Source: the human T2T-CHM13v2.0 reference genome, Homo sapiens
Length of the DNA: 64,000 nucleotides
Assembly: GCF_009914755.1 (NCBI RefSeq)
Contig: NC_060946.1
Strand: one strand, 5' to 3'
Below the pieces are notes generated by a model. The model made no database searches. It saw nothing but the letters and a program-made list of their open reading frames with translations, and was not told the origin of the DNA. How positions within the stretch are numbered: position 1 is the stretch's first letter; each line of letters begins with the position of its first letter. The position numbers and the translations under genes were made by a program. Positions 15,001 through 28,300 of this stretch are shown here, in pieces.

Positions 15001-18000
15001 TCCACTTGCAGATTCAACAAAAAGTGTTTTTCAGAACTGCTCTATCAAAAGAAAGATCCACCTCTGTTAGCTGAGTTCACACATCACAAACAAGTTTATG
15101 AGAATGCTTCTGTCTAGTTTTTATTTGAAGATATTTCCTTTCTCACCATAGACCTGAAAGCTGTCCTAATGTTCACTTCCAGATACTGCAGAAAGAGTGT
15201 TTCAAAACTGCTGTACGAAAGGGAATGTTCAACTCTGTGACTTGAATGCACACATCACAAAGAAGTTTCTGAGGATGCTGCTGTCTACTTTTTATACGTA
15301 ATCCCGTTTCCAACGAAATCCTCCAAGCTATCCAAATATCCACTTGCAGATTCCACAGAAAGACTGTTTCAAAACTGCTCTGTCAATAGAAAGGTTCAAC
15401 TCTGTTAGCTGGGTGCATATATCCCAAAGAAGATTCTGAGATTACTTCTGTCTAGTTTTTATGGGAAGATATTTCCCTTTTCACCGTAGGCGTCAAGGTG
15501 CTCCAAATGTCCCCTTCCAGATACTACAAAAAGAGTGTTTCAAACCTACTCTGTGAAAGGGAATATTCAACTCTGTGACTTGAATATACATATCACAAAG
15601 ACGTTTCTGAGAATGCTTCTGTCGAGATTTTATATGAAGATATTCCCGTTTCCAACGAAATCCTGAAATCTATCCAAATATCCCCTCGCAGATTCTACAA
15701 AAAGAGTGTTTCAAAACTGCTCTGTAAAAAGAAAGGTTCAACTCTGTTAGTTGAGTACACACATCACAAACAAGTTTCACAGAATGCTTCTTTCTAGCTT
15801 GTAGGGGAAGATATTCCCTTTATCACCATGGGCCTCAAACCGCCCGAAACGTCCTCTTCCATATAGTACAAAAAGAGCGTTTCAAACCTGCTCTATGAAA
15901 GGCAATGTTCAACTCTGTGACTTGAATGCAGACATCACAGAGCAGTTTCTGAGAATGCTTCTGTCTAGATTTTATAGGAAGATATTCCCGTTTCCAACGA
16001 AATCTTCACAGCTATCCAAATATCCACTTGCAGATTCTACAAAAAGAGTGTATCAAAACTGCTCTGTCAAAAGGAAGGTTCTTCTCTGTTAGGTGAGTGC
16101 ACACGTCATACAGGAGTTTCTGAGAATGTTTCTGTCTAGTGGTTATGGGAAGATATTTGCTTTTTCACCGTAGGCCTCAGAGCGCTCCAAATATCCACTT
16201 GCACATACTACAAAAAGAGTGCTTCAAAGCTGCTCTCTGAAACGGAATGTTCAACTCTATGAGTTGAATGCAAACATCACAAAGACGTTTCTGAGAATGC
16301 TTCTGTCTAGATTTGATATGAAGATATTCCCGTTTCCAACGAAATCTTCTAATCTATCCAAATGTCCACTTGCAGATTCAACAAAAAGTGTTTTTCAGAA
16401 CTGCTCTATCAAAAGAAAGATCCACCTCTGTTAGCTGAGTTCACACATCACGAACAAGTTTATGAGAATGCTTCTGTCTAGTTTTTATTTGAAGATATTT
16501 CCTTTCTCACCATAGACCTGAAAGCTGTCCTAATGTTCACTTCCAGATACTGCAGAAAGAGTGTTTGAAAACTGTTGTACGAAAGGGAATGTTCAACTCT
16601 GTGACTTGAATGCACACATCACAAAGAAGTTTCTGAGGATGCTGCTGTCTACTTTTTATACGTAATCCCGTTTCCAAAGAAATCCTCCAAGCTATCCAAA
16701 TATCCACTTGCAGATTCCACAGAAAGACTGTTTCAAAACTGCTCTGTCAATAGAAAGGTTCAACTCTGTTAGCTGCGTGCATATATCCCAAAGAAGATTC
16801 TGAGATTGCTTCTGTCTAGTTTTTATGGGAAGATATTTCCCTTTTCACCGTAGGCGTCAAGGCGCTCCAATGTCCAATTCCAGATAGTATAAAAAGAGTG
16901 TTTCAAACCTCCTCTGTGAAAGGGAATATTCAACTCTGTGACTGTAATGCAGATATCACAAAGAAGTTTCTGAGAATGCTTCTGTCGAGATTTTATATGA
17001 AGATATTCCCGTTTCCAACGAAATCCTGAAATCTATCCAAATATCCCCTCGCAGATTCTACAAAAAGAGTGTTTCAAAACTGCTCTGTAAAAAGAAAGGT
17101 TCAACTCTGTTAGTTGAGTACACACATCACAAACAAGTTTCACAGAATGCTTCTTTCTAGCTTGTAGGGGAAGATATTCCCTTTATCACCATGGTCCTCA
17201 AACCGTCCGAAACGTCCTCTTCCATATAGTACAAAAAGAGCGTTTCAAACCTGCTCTATGAAAGGCAATGTTCAACTCTGTGACTTGAATGCAGACATCA
17301 CAGAGCAGTTTCTGAGAATGCTTCTGTCTAGATTTTATAGGAAGATATTCCCGTTTCCAACGAAATCTTCACAGCTATCCAAATATCCACTTGCAGATTC
17401 TACAAAAAGAGTGTATCAAAACTGCTCTGTCAAAAGGAAGGTTCTTCTCTGTTAGGTGAGTGCACACGTCATACAGGAGTTTCTGAGAATGTTTCTATCT
17501 AGTGGTTATGGGAAGATATTTGCTTTTTCACCGTAGGCCTCAGAGCGCTCCAAATATCCACTTGCACATACTACAAAAAGAGTGCTTCAAAGCTGCTCTC
17601 TGAAAGGGAATGTTCAACTCTATGAGTTGAATGCAAACATCACAAAGACGTTTCTGAGAATGCTTCTGTCTAGATTTGATATGAAGATATTCCCGTTTCC
17701 AACGAAATCTTCAAATCTATCCAAATGTCCACTTGCAGATTCAACAAAAAGTGTTTTTCAGAACTGCTCTATCAAAAGAAAGATCCACCTCTGTTAGCTG
17801 AGTTCACACATCACAAACAAGTTTATGAGTATGCTTCTGTCTAGTTTTTATTTGAAGATATTTCCTTTCTCACCATAGACCTGAAAGCTGTCCTAATGTT
17901 CACTTCCAGATACTGCAGAAAGAGTGTTTCAAAACTGCTGTACGAAAGGGAATGTTCAACTCTGTGACTTGAATGCACACATCACAAAGAAGTTTCTGAG

Positions 18001-21000
18001 GATGCTGCTGTCTACTTTTTATACGTAATCCCGTTTCCTACGAAATCCTCCAAGCTATCCAAATATCCACTTGCAGATTCCACAGAAAGACTGTTTCAAA
18101 ACTGCTCTGTCAATAGAAAGGTTCAACTCTGTTAGCTGGGTGCATATATCCCAAAGAAGATTCTGAGATTACTTCTGTCTAGTTTTTATGGGAAGATATT
18201 TCCCTTTTCACCGTAGGCGTCAAGGTGCTCCAAATGTCCCCTTCCAGATACTACAAAAAGAGTGTTTCAAACCTACTCTGTGAAAGGGAATATTCAACTC
18301 TGTGACTTGAATATACATATCACAAAGACGTTTCTGAGAATGCTTCTGTCGAGATTTTATATGAAGATATTCCCGTTTCCAACGAAATCCTGAAATCTAT
18401 CCAAATATCCCCTCGCAGATTCTACAAAAAGAGTGTTTCAAAACTGCTCTGTAAAAAGAAAGGTTCAACTCTGTTAGTTGAGTACACACATCACAAACAA
18501 GTTTCACAGAATGCTTCTTTCTACCTTGTAGGGGAAGATATTCCCTTTATCACCATGGGCCTCAAACCGTCCGAAACGTCCTCTTCCATATAGTACAAAA
18601 AGAGCGTTTCAAACCTGCTCTATGAAAGGCAATGTTCAACTCTGTGACTTGAATGCAGACATCACAGAGCAGTTTCTGAGAATGCTTCTGTCTAGATTTT
18701 ATAGGAAGATATTCCCGTTTCCAACGAAATCTTCACAGCTATCCAAATATCCACTTGCAAATTCTACAAAAAGAGTGTATCAAAACTGCTCTGTCAAAAG
18801 GAAGGTTCTTCTCTGTTAGGTGAGTGCACACGTCATACAGGAGTTTCTGAGAATGTTTCTGTCTAGTGGTTATGGGAAGATATTTGCTTTTTCACCGTAG
18901 GCCTCAGAGCGCTCCAAATATCCACTTGCACATACTACAAAAAGAGTGCTTCAAAGCTGCTCTCTGAAAGGGAATGTTCAACTCTATGAGTTGAATGCAA
19001 ACATCACAAAGACGTTTCTGAGAATGCTTCTGTCTAGATTTGATATGAAGATATTCCCGTTTCCAACGAAATCTTCAAATCTATCCAAATGTCCACTTGC
19101 AGATTCAACAAAAAGTGTTTTTCAGAACTGCTCTATCAAAAGAAAGATCCACCTCTGTTAGCTGAGTTCACACATCACAAACAAGTTTATGAGAATGCTT
19201 CTGTCTAGTTTTTATTTGAAGATATTTCCTTTCTCACCATAGACCTGAAAGCTGTCCTAATGTTCACTTCCAGATACTGCAGAAAGAGTGTTTCAAAACT
19301 GTTGTACGAAAGGGAATGTTCAACTCTGTGACTTGAATGCACACATCACAAAGAAGTTTCTGAGGATGCTGCTGTCTACTTTTTATACGTAATCCCGTTT
19401 CCAAAGAAATCCTCCAAGCTATCCAAATATCCACTTGCAGATTCCACAGAAAGACTGTTTCAAAACTGCTCTGTCAATAGAAAGGTTCAACTCTGTTAGC
19501 TGCGTGCATATATCCCAAAGAAGATTCTGAGATTGCTTCTGTCTAGTTTTTATGGGAAGATATTTCCCTTTTCACCGTAGGCGTCAAGGCGCTCCAATGT
19601 CCAATTCCAGATAGTATAAAAAGAGTGTTTCAAACCTCCTCTGTGAAAGGGAATATTCAACTCTGTGACTGTAATGCAGATATCACAAAGAAGTTTCTGA
19701 GAATGCTTCTGTCGAGATTTTATATGAAGATATTCCAGTTTCCAACCAAATCCTGAAATCTATCCAAATATCCCCTCGCAGATTCTACAAAAAGAGTGTT
19801 TCAAAACTGCTCTGTAAAAAGAAAGGTTCAACTCTGTTAGTTGAGTACACACATCACAAACAAGTTTCACAGAATGCTTCTTTCTAGCTTGTAGGGGAAG
19901 ATATTCCCTTTATCACCATGGTCCTCAAACCGTCCGAAACGTCCTCTTCCATATAGTACAAAAACAGCGTTTCTAACCTGCTCTATGAAAGTCAATGTTC
20001 AACTCTGTGACTTGAATGCACACATCACAGAGCAGTTTCTGAGAATGCTTCTGTCTAGATTTTATAGGAAGATATTCCCGTTTCCAACGAAATCTTCACA
20101 GCTATCCAAATATCCACTTGCAGATTCTACAAAAAGAGTGTATCAAAACTGCTCTGTCAAAAGGAAGGTTCTTCTCTGTTAGTTGAGTACAAACGTCATA
20201 AAGGAGTTTCTGAGAATGTTTCTGTCTAGTGGTTATGGGAAGATATTTGCTTTTTCCCCGTAGGCCTCAGAGCGCTCCAAATATCTACTTGCACATACTA
20301 CAAAAAGAGTGCTTCAAAGCTGCTCTCTGAAAGGGAATGTTCAACTCCATGAGTTTAATTGAAACATCACAAAGACGTTTCTGAGAATGCTTCTGTCTAG
20401 ATTTGATATGAAGATATTCCCGTTTCCAACGAAATCTTCAAATCTATCCAAATGTCCACTTGCAGATTCAACAAAAAGTGTTTTTCAGAACTGCTCTATC
20501 AAAAGAAAGATCCACCTCTGTTAGCTGAGTTCACACATCACAAACAAGTTTATGAGAATGCTTCTGTCTAGTTTTTATTTGAAGATATTTCCTTTCTCAC
20601 CATAGACCTGAAAGCTGTCCTAATGTTCACTTCCAGATACTACAGAAAGAGTGTTTCAAAACTGCTGTACGAAAGGGAATGTTCAACTCTGTGACTTGAA
20701 TGCACACATCACAAAGAAGTTTCTGAGGATGCTGCTGTCTACTTTTTATACGTAATCCCGTTTCCAACGAAATCCTCCAAGCTATCCAAATATCCACTTG
20801 CAGATTCCACAGAAAGACTGTTTCAAAACTGCTCTGTCAATAGAAAGGTTCAACTCTGTTAGCTGCGTGCATATATCCCAAAGAAGATTCTGAGATTGCT
20901 TCTGTCTAGTTTTTATGGGAAGATATTTCCCTATTCACCGTAGGCGTCAAGGCGCTCCAAATGTCCACTTCCAGATACTACAAAAAGAGTGTTTCAAACC

Positions 21001-21200
21001 TACTCTGTGAAAGGGAATATTCAACTCTGTGACTTGAATGCAGATATCACAAAGAAGTTTCTGAGAATGCTTCTGTCGAGATTTTATATGAAGACATTCC
21101 CGTTTCCAACGAAATCCTGAAATCTATCCAAATATCCCCTCGCAGATTCTACAAAAAGAGTGTTTCAAAACTGCTCTGTAAAAAGAAAGGTTCAACTCTG
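1..21200 (-). repeat. Homogeneous alpha-satellite 8-mer HOR array (1364-bp unit, SF2, D14Z9/D22Z1-like), ~15.5 copies
   Basis: The same artefactual ORF recurs at 891, 2256, 3619, 4984, 6347, 9075, 10439, 11803, 13167, 14531, 15895, 17258, 18622, 19985 (1363-1365-bp steps). Monomers alternate between CENP-B-box (B) and pJalpha-type (A). One monomer is ~4 bp short (tatacgtaatcccg), giving 8x171-4=1364. The chr14/22 assignment is from recall of the sequence and was not searched. Confidence 0.93.
299..315 (-). promoter_or_regulatory. CENP-B box (first example; recurs every ~341 bp through the HOR array)
   Basis: tcccgtttccaacgaaa is the reverse complement of TTTCGTTGGAAACGGGA and has the full NTTCGNNNNANNCGGGN core. 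The next box is at 640-656. There are four per HOR unit. Confidence 0.95.
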
Positions 21201-24200
21201 TTAGTTGAGTACACATCACAAACAAGTTTCACAGAATGCTTCTTTCTAGCTTGTAGGGGAAGATATTTCCTTTATCACCATGGGCCTCAAACCGTCCGAA
21301 ACGTGCACTTCCATATACTACAAAAAGAGCGTTTCAAACCTGCTCTATGAAAGGCAATGTTCAACTCTGTGACTTGAATGCAGACATCACAGAGCAGTTT
21401 CTGAGAATGCTTCTGCCTAGACTTTATAGGAAGACATTCCCGTTTCCAACGAAATCTTTACAGCTATCCAAATATCCACTTGCAGATACTACAAAAAGAG
21501 TGTATCAAAAATGCTCTGTCAAATTGAATGTTCTTCTCTGCTAGTTGAGTACATACGTCATAAAGAAGTTTCTGAGAATGTTTCTGTCTAGTGGTTATGG
21601 GAAGATATTTGCTTTTTCACCGTAGGCCTCAAAGCGCTCCAAATCTCCACTTGCACATACTACAAAAATAGTGCTTCAAAGCTGCTCTCTGAAAGGGAAT
21701 GTTCAACTCTATGAGTTGAATGCAAATATCACAAAGACGTTTCTGAGAATGCTTCTGTCTAGATTTTACATGAAGATATTCCCGTTTCCAACGAAATCTT
21801 CAAATCTATCCACATGTCCACATGCAGGTTCAACAAAAAGTGTTTTTCAAAACTGCTGTATGAAAAGAAAGATCCACCTATGTTAGTTGAGTTCTCACAT
21901 CACAAACAAGTTTATGAGAATGCTTCTGTCTAGTTTTTATTTGAAGATATTTCCTTTCTCACCATGGACCTGAAAGCTCTCGTAATGTTCACTTCCAGAT
22001 ACTAGAGAAAGAGTGGTTCAAACCTGCTCTGCGAAAGGGAATGTTGAACTCTGTGACTTGAATTCACACATCACAAAGGAGTTTCTGAGAATACTGCTGT
22101 CTAATTTTTATACGTAATCCCGTTTCCAACGAAATCCTCCAAGCTATCCAAATATCCACTTGCAGATTCCACAAAAGAGTGTTTCAAAGCTGCTCTGTCA
22201 ATAGAAATGTTCAACTCTGTTAGCTGCGTGCATATATCACAAAGAAGATTCTGAGATTGCTGCTGTCTAGTTTTTATGGGAACATATTTCCTTTTTCACC
22301 GTAGGCGTCAAGGCGCTCCAAATGTCCACTTCCAGATACTACAAAAAGAGTGTTTCAAACCTACTGTGTGAAAGGGAATATTCAACTCTTTGATTTGAAT
22401 GTAGTTATCACAAAAAGTTTCTAAGAATGCTTCTGTTGAGATTTTATATGAAGATATTCCCGTTTCCAACGAAATCCTGAAATCTATCCAAATACCCCCT
22501 CACAGATTGTACAAAAAGAGTGTTTCAAAACTGCTCTGTAAAAAGAAAGGTTCAACTCTGTTAGTTGAGTACACACATCACAAACAAGTTTCACAGAATG
22601 CTTCTTTCTAGCTTATAGGGGAAGATATTCCCTTTATCACCATGGGCCTCAAACCGTCCGAAACGTCCACTTCCACATACTACAAAAAGAGCGTATCATA
22701 CCTGCTCTATGAAAGGCAATGTTGAACTCTGTGACTTGAATGCAGACATCACAGAGCAGTTTCTGAGAATGCTTCTGTCTAGATTTTATAGGAAGGTATT
22801 CCCGTTTCCAACGAATTCTTCACAGCTATCCAAATATCCACTTGCAGATTCTCCAATGGAGTGTATCAAAACTGCTCTCTCAAAAGGAAGGTTCTTCTGT
22901 TTTAGTTGAGTACATACGTGATAAAGAAGTTTCTGAGAATGTTTCTGTCTAGTGGTTATGGGAAGATATTTGCTTTTTCACCGTAGGCCTCAAAGCGCTC
23001 CAAATCTCCACTTGCACATACTACAAAAAGAGTGCTTCAAAGCTGCTCTCTGAAAGGGAATGTTCAACTGTATGAGTTGAATGCAAACATCACAAAGACG
23101 TTTCTGAGAATGCTTCTGTCTAGTTTTGATATGAAGATATTCCCGTTTCCAACGAAATCTTCAAATCTATCCAAATGTCCACTTGCAGATTCAACAAAAA
23201 GTGTTTTTCAAAACTGCTGTATAAAAAGAAAGATCCACCTCTGTTAGTTGAGTTCACACATCACAAACAAGTTTATGAGAATGCTTCTGTCTAGTTTTTA
23301 TTTGAAGATATTTTCTTTCTCACCATAGACCTGAAAGCTCTCGTAACGTTCACTTCCAGATACTAGAGAAAGAGTGTTTCAAACCTGCTCTACGAAAGGG
23401 AATGTTGAACTCTGTGACTTGAATGCACACATCACAACGAAGTTTCTGAGAATGCTGCTGTCTACTTTTTATACGTAATCCCGTTTCCAACGAAATCCTC
23501 CAAGCTATCCAAATATCCACTTGCAGATTCCACAAAAAGACTGTTTCAAAACCGCTCTGTCAATAGAAAGGTTCAACTCTGTTAGCTGCGTGCATACATC
23601 CCAAAGAACATTCTGAGGTTGCTTCTGACTAGTTTTTATTGGAAGATATTTCCTTTTTCACCATAGGCATCAAAGCGCTCCAAATTTCCACTTCCAGATA
23701 CTAAAAAAAAAGAGTGTTTCAAACCTACTGTGTGGAAGGGAATATTTAACTCGGTGACTTCAATGCACATATCACAGAGAAGTTTCTGAGAATGCTTCTG
23801 TCGAGATTTTATATGAAGATATTCCCGTTTACAACGAAATTCTGAAATCTATCCAAATATCCCCTCGCAGATTCTAGAAAAAGAGTGTTTCAAAACTGCT
23901 CTGTAAAAAGAAAGGTTCACTTCTCTTAGTTGAGTACACACATCACAAACAAGTTTCTCAGAATGCTTCTTCTTAGCTTGTGGGGGAAGATATTTCCTTT
24001 ATCACCATGGGTCTCAAACCGTTCGAAACGTCCACTTCCACATGTAACAAAAAGAGCATTTCAAACCTGCTCCATGAAAGGGAATGTTCAACTCTGTGAC
24101 TTGAATGCAGATATCACAAAGCAGTTTCTGAGGATGCTGCTGTCTAGATTTTATAGGAAGAAATTCCCGTTTCCAACGAAATCTTCACAGTTATCCAAAT

Positions 24201-25310
24201 ATAGACTTGCAGATTCTACAAAAAGATTGTATCAAAATTGCTGTGTCAAAAGGAAGGTTCAACTCTGTTAGTTGAGTACGTACGTCACAAAGAAGTTTCT
24301 GAGAATGTTTCTGTCTAGTGTTTATGGGAAGATATTTGCTTTTTCACCATAGGCCTCATAGCGCTCCAAATGTCCACTTCCACATACTACAAAAAGAGTT
24401 CTTCAAAGCTGCTCTCTTAAAGGGAGTGTTCACCTCTATGAGTTGAATGCAAACATCACAAAGTCGTATCTGAGAACGCTTCTGTCTAGATTTTATATGA
24501 AGATATTCCCGTTTCCAAAGAAATCTTCAAATCTATCCAAATATCCACTTGGAGATTCTACAAAAAGTGTTTTTCAAAATTGCTGTATCAAAAGAAAGAT
24601 CCACCTTTGTTTGTTGAGTTCACACAACACAAACAAGTTTATGAGAATGCTTCTGTCTTGTTTTTATTTGAAGATATTTCCTTTCTCACCATAGTCCTGA
24701 AAGCTCTCGAAATGTTCACTTCCAGGTACTACAAAAAGAGTGTTTCAAACTTTCTATGTGAAAGGGAATATTGAACTCTGTGACTTCAATGCAGATATCA
24801 CAAAATCTTTCTGAGAATTCTGCTGTCTACTTTTTATATGTAATCCCGTTTCCAATGAAATCCTCCAAGCTATCCAAATATCCACTTGCAGATTCCACAA
24901 AAAGACTGTTTCAAAACTGCTCTGTCAATAGAAAGGTTCAACTCTGTTAGCTGCATGCATACATCCCAAAGAAGATTCTGAGATTGCCTCTGTGTAGTTT
25001 TTATGGGAAGATATTTCCTTTTTCACCATTGGCGTCAAAGCGCTCCCAATGTCCACTTCCAGATACTACAAAAAGAGTGTTTCAAACCTGCTATGTGAAA
25101 GGGAATATTCAACTCTGTAACTTCAATGCATATATCACAAAGAGGTTTCGGAGAATGCTTCGGTCTAGATTTTATATTAAGACATCCCCGTTTCCGACAA
25201 AATCTTTAAATCTATCCAAATATCCACTTGCAGGTTCTACAAAAAGAGTTTTTCAAAACTGTTCTGTAAAAGAAAGGTTCAACTCCATTAGTTGAGTACA
25301 CACATCACAA
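21201..25310 (-). repeat. Divergent copies (~3) of the same 8-mer HOR at the array edge
   Basis: Monomer order and the short tatacgtaatcccg/tatatgtaatcccg monomer are kept (~22110, ~23470, ~24835), with a period of ~1362-1365 bp. Substitutions and indels increase copy by copy. The left boundary is gradual and approximate. Confidence 0.85.
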
Positions 25311-28300
25311 AGAAGTTCCTGAGAATGCTTCTGTCTACTTTTTATATGAAGTTATTCCCGTTTCCCACGAAATCCTCAAAGCTATCTGAATTTCCACTTG
25401 CAGATTCCACAAAAAGAGTGTTTCGAAACTGCTCTATCAATACAAAGGTTTAACTGTGTTAGTTGCATACATACATCACAAACAAGATTGTGAGTATGCT
25501 TCTGTCTACTTTTTACGGGAAGATATTTCCTGTTTCACCATAGGCGTCCAAGCGCTCCAAATGTCCAATTCCAGATACTACAAAAAGAGTGTTTCAGTGC
25601 TGCTCTGTGAAAGGGAATGGACAACTCTATGACTTGATTGCAGAGATCACAAAGCAGTTTCTGAGAATGCTTCTGTCTAGATTTTATATGATGATATTCC
25701 CGTTTCTCATGAAATCCTCAAAACTATCCAAATATCCACTTGCAGATCCTATAAAAAGAGTGTTTCAATACTGTTCTGCAAAAAGAAATGTTCTACTCTG
25801 TTAGTTGAGTATACACATCACAAACAAGTCTCTGAGAATGCTTCTGTGTTGTAGTTTTTATGGGAAGGTATTTCCTTTCTCACCGTAGGTGTCAACGTGC
25901 TCAAAATGTCTATTTGCAGATACTACAAAAAGAGTGTTTCAAACCTGCTCCTTGAAAGGGAATGTTCAACTCTCTGACATGAATGCAGATATCACAAAGC
26001 AGTTGCTGAGAATGCATCTGTCTTGATTTTATAGGAAGATATTCACGTTTCCAATGAAATCCTCAAAGCTCTCAAAATATCCACTTGCAGATTCTGTAAA
26101 AAGAGTGTTTCAAAACTGCTCTGTGAAAAGGAAGGATCAACCCTGTTAGTTGAGTACCACATCACAAAAAAGTTTCTGAGAATGCTTCTGTCTAGTTTTT
26201 ATGGGAAGATATTTCCTTTTTCACCATAGGCTTCAAAGCGCTCGAAATGTCCACTTCCAGATACTACAAAAAGAGTGTTTCAAACCTGCTCTAGAAAAGG
26301 GAATGTTCAACTCTGTGACTTGAATGGAGACATCACAAAGCAGTTCCTGATAATGCTTCTGTCTAGACTTTTATGAAGATATTCTCCTTTCCAACGAAAT
26401 CCTCAAAGCTATCCAAATATCCACTTGCAGTTCCTACAAAAAGAGTGTTTCCAAAATGCTATATCAAAACAAAGTGTCAACCCAGTTAGTTGAGGACACA
26501 CATCATAAACAAGTTTCTGAGAATGCTTCTGTCTAGTTTTTATTGGAAGATATTTCCTTTTTCACCACTGGCTTGAAAGCGCTCGAAATGTCCACTTCCA
26601 GATTCTATAGAAAGGGTGTTTCAAAGCTGCTCTCTGAAATGGAATGTTCAACTCTGTGACTTGAATGCAAACATCACAAAGAAGTCTCTGAGAATGCTTC
26701 TGTCTAGATTTTTTATGAAGAGGTACCCGTTTCCAACGAAATCCTCAAATCTATCCAAATATCCACTTGCAGATTCTCCAAAAAGAGTGTTTCAAAACTG
26801 CTCTATCAAAAGAAAAGTTCAACTCTTTTAGTTGATTACACACATCACAAAAAAGCTTCTGAGAATGAGTCTGTCTGGTTTTTATGGGAAGATATTTCCT
26901 TTTTCACCATAGGCCTCCAATGGCTGTAAATGTCCACTTCCAGATACTACAAAAAGAGTGTTTCAAACCTGCTCTATGACAGGGAATGTTCAGGTCTTTG
27001 ACTTGAGTGCAAACATCACAAAGATGTTACTGAGAATGCTTCTGTCTAGATTTTATATGAAGAAATTCCCGTTTCCAATGAAATCCAATAAGCTATCCAA
27101 ATATCCACTTGTTGATTCTCCAAAAAGAGTGTTTCAAAACTGCTCTATCAAAAGAAAGGTTCAACTCTGTTTGTTGAGTACACACATCAAAAACAAGTTT
27201 CTGACAAAGTTTCTGTCTAGTTTTCATGGGATGATATTTCCTTTTTCACCGTAAGCCTCCAAGCTCTCCAAATGTCCACTTCCACATACTACAAAAAGAA
27301 TGTTTCAAACCTGCTCTATGAAAGGGAATGTTCAACTCTTTGACTTGAATGGAAACATCGCAAAGAAGTTTCTGGGAATGCTTCTTTCTAGCTTTTACAT
27401 GAAGACATTCCCTTTTTAGACGAAATCCTCAAAACTGTCCAAATATCCTCTTGCAGATTCAATAAAAAGTGTGTTTCAAAACTGCTCTATCAAAAGTTTC
27501 AACTCTGTCAGTTGAGTGCACACATCACAAAGAAGTTTCTGAGAATCCTTCTGTCTAGTTTTTATTTTAAGATATTTACTTTTTTACGTTAGGCTTCCAA
27601 GCCCACAAAATGTCCACTTCCAGATACTACAAAAAGAGTGTTTCAAACCTGCTCTATGAAAGCAAATGTTCAACTGTGTTACTTGATTCCAAACATCACA
27701 AAGAGGTTTCTGAGAATGCTTCTGTCTAGATTTTATATGAAGAGATTCCCATTTCCAATGAAATCTTCAAATCTATCCAAATATCCACTTGCAGATTCTC
27801 CAAAAAGAGTGTTTCAAAACTGCTCTATCAAAAGAAAGGTTCAACTCTGTTAGTTGAGTACACATATTACAAAGAAGTTCCTGAAAATGCTTCTGCCTAG
27901 TTTTTATGGGCAGATATTTCCTTTTTCAGCATACGCCCCCAAGCACTCAAAATGTCCACTTCCAGATACTACAAAAAGTGTGTTTCAAACCTGCCCTATG
28001 AAAGGGAATGTTGAGTTCTGTGACTTGAATGCAAACGTCACAACAATGTTATTGAGAATGCTTCTGTCTAGATTTTATATGATGATATTCCCGTTTCCAA
28101 CGAAATCCTCAAAGCTATCCAAATATCCACTTGTGGATTCCCCAAAAAGAGTATTTCAAAGCTATTCTATCAAAAGAAAGGTTTAACTCTGTTAGTTGAG
28201 TACACACATCACAAACATGTTTCTAACAATGCTTCTGTCTAGTTTTTATGGGAAGATATTTCCTTTTTCACCATAGGCCTCCAAGCGCTCCAAATGTCCA

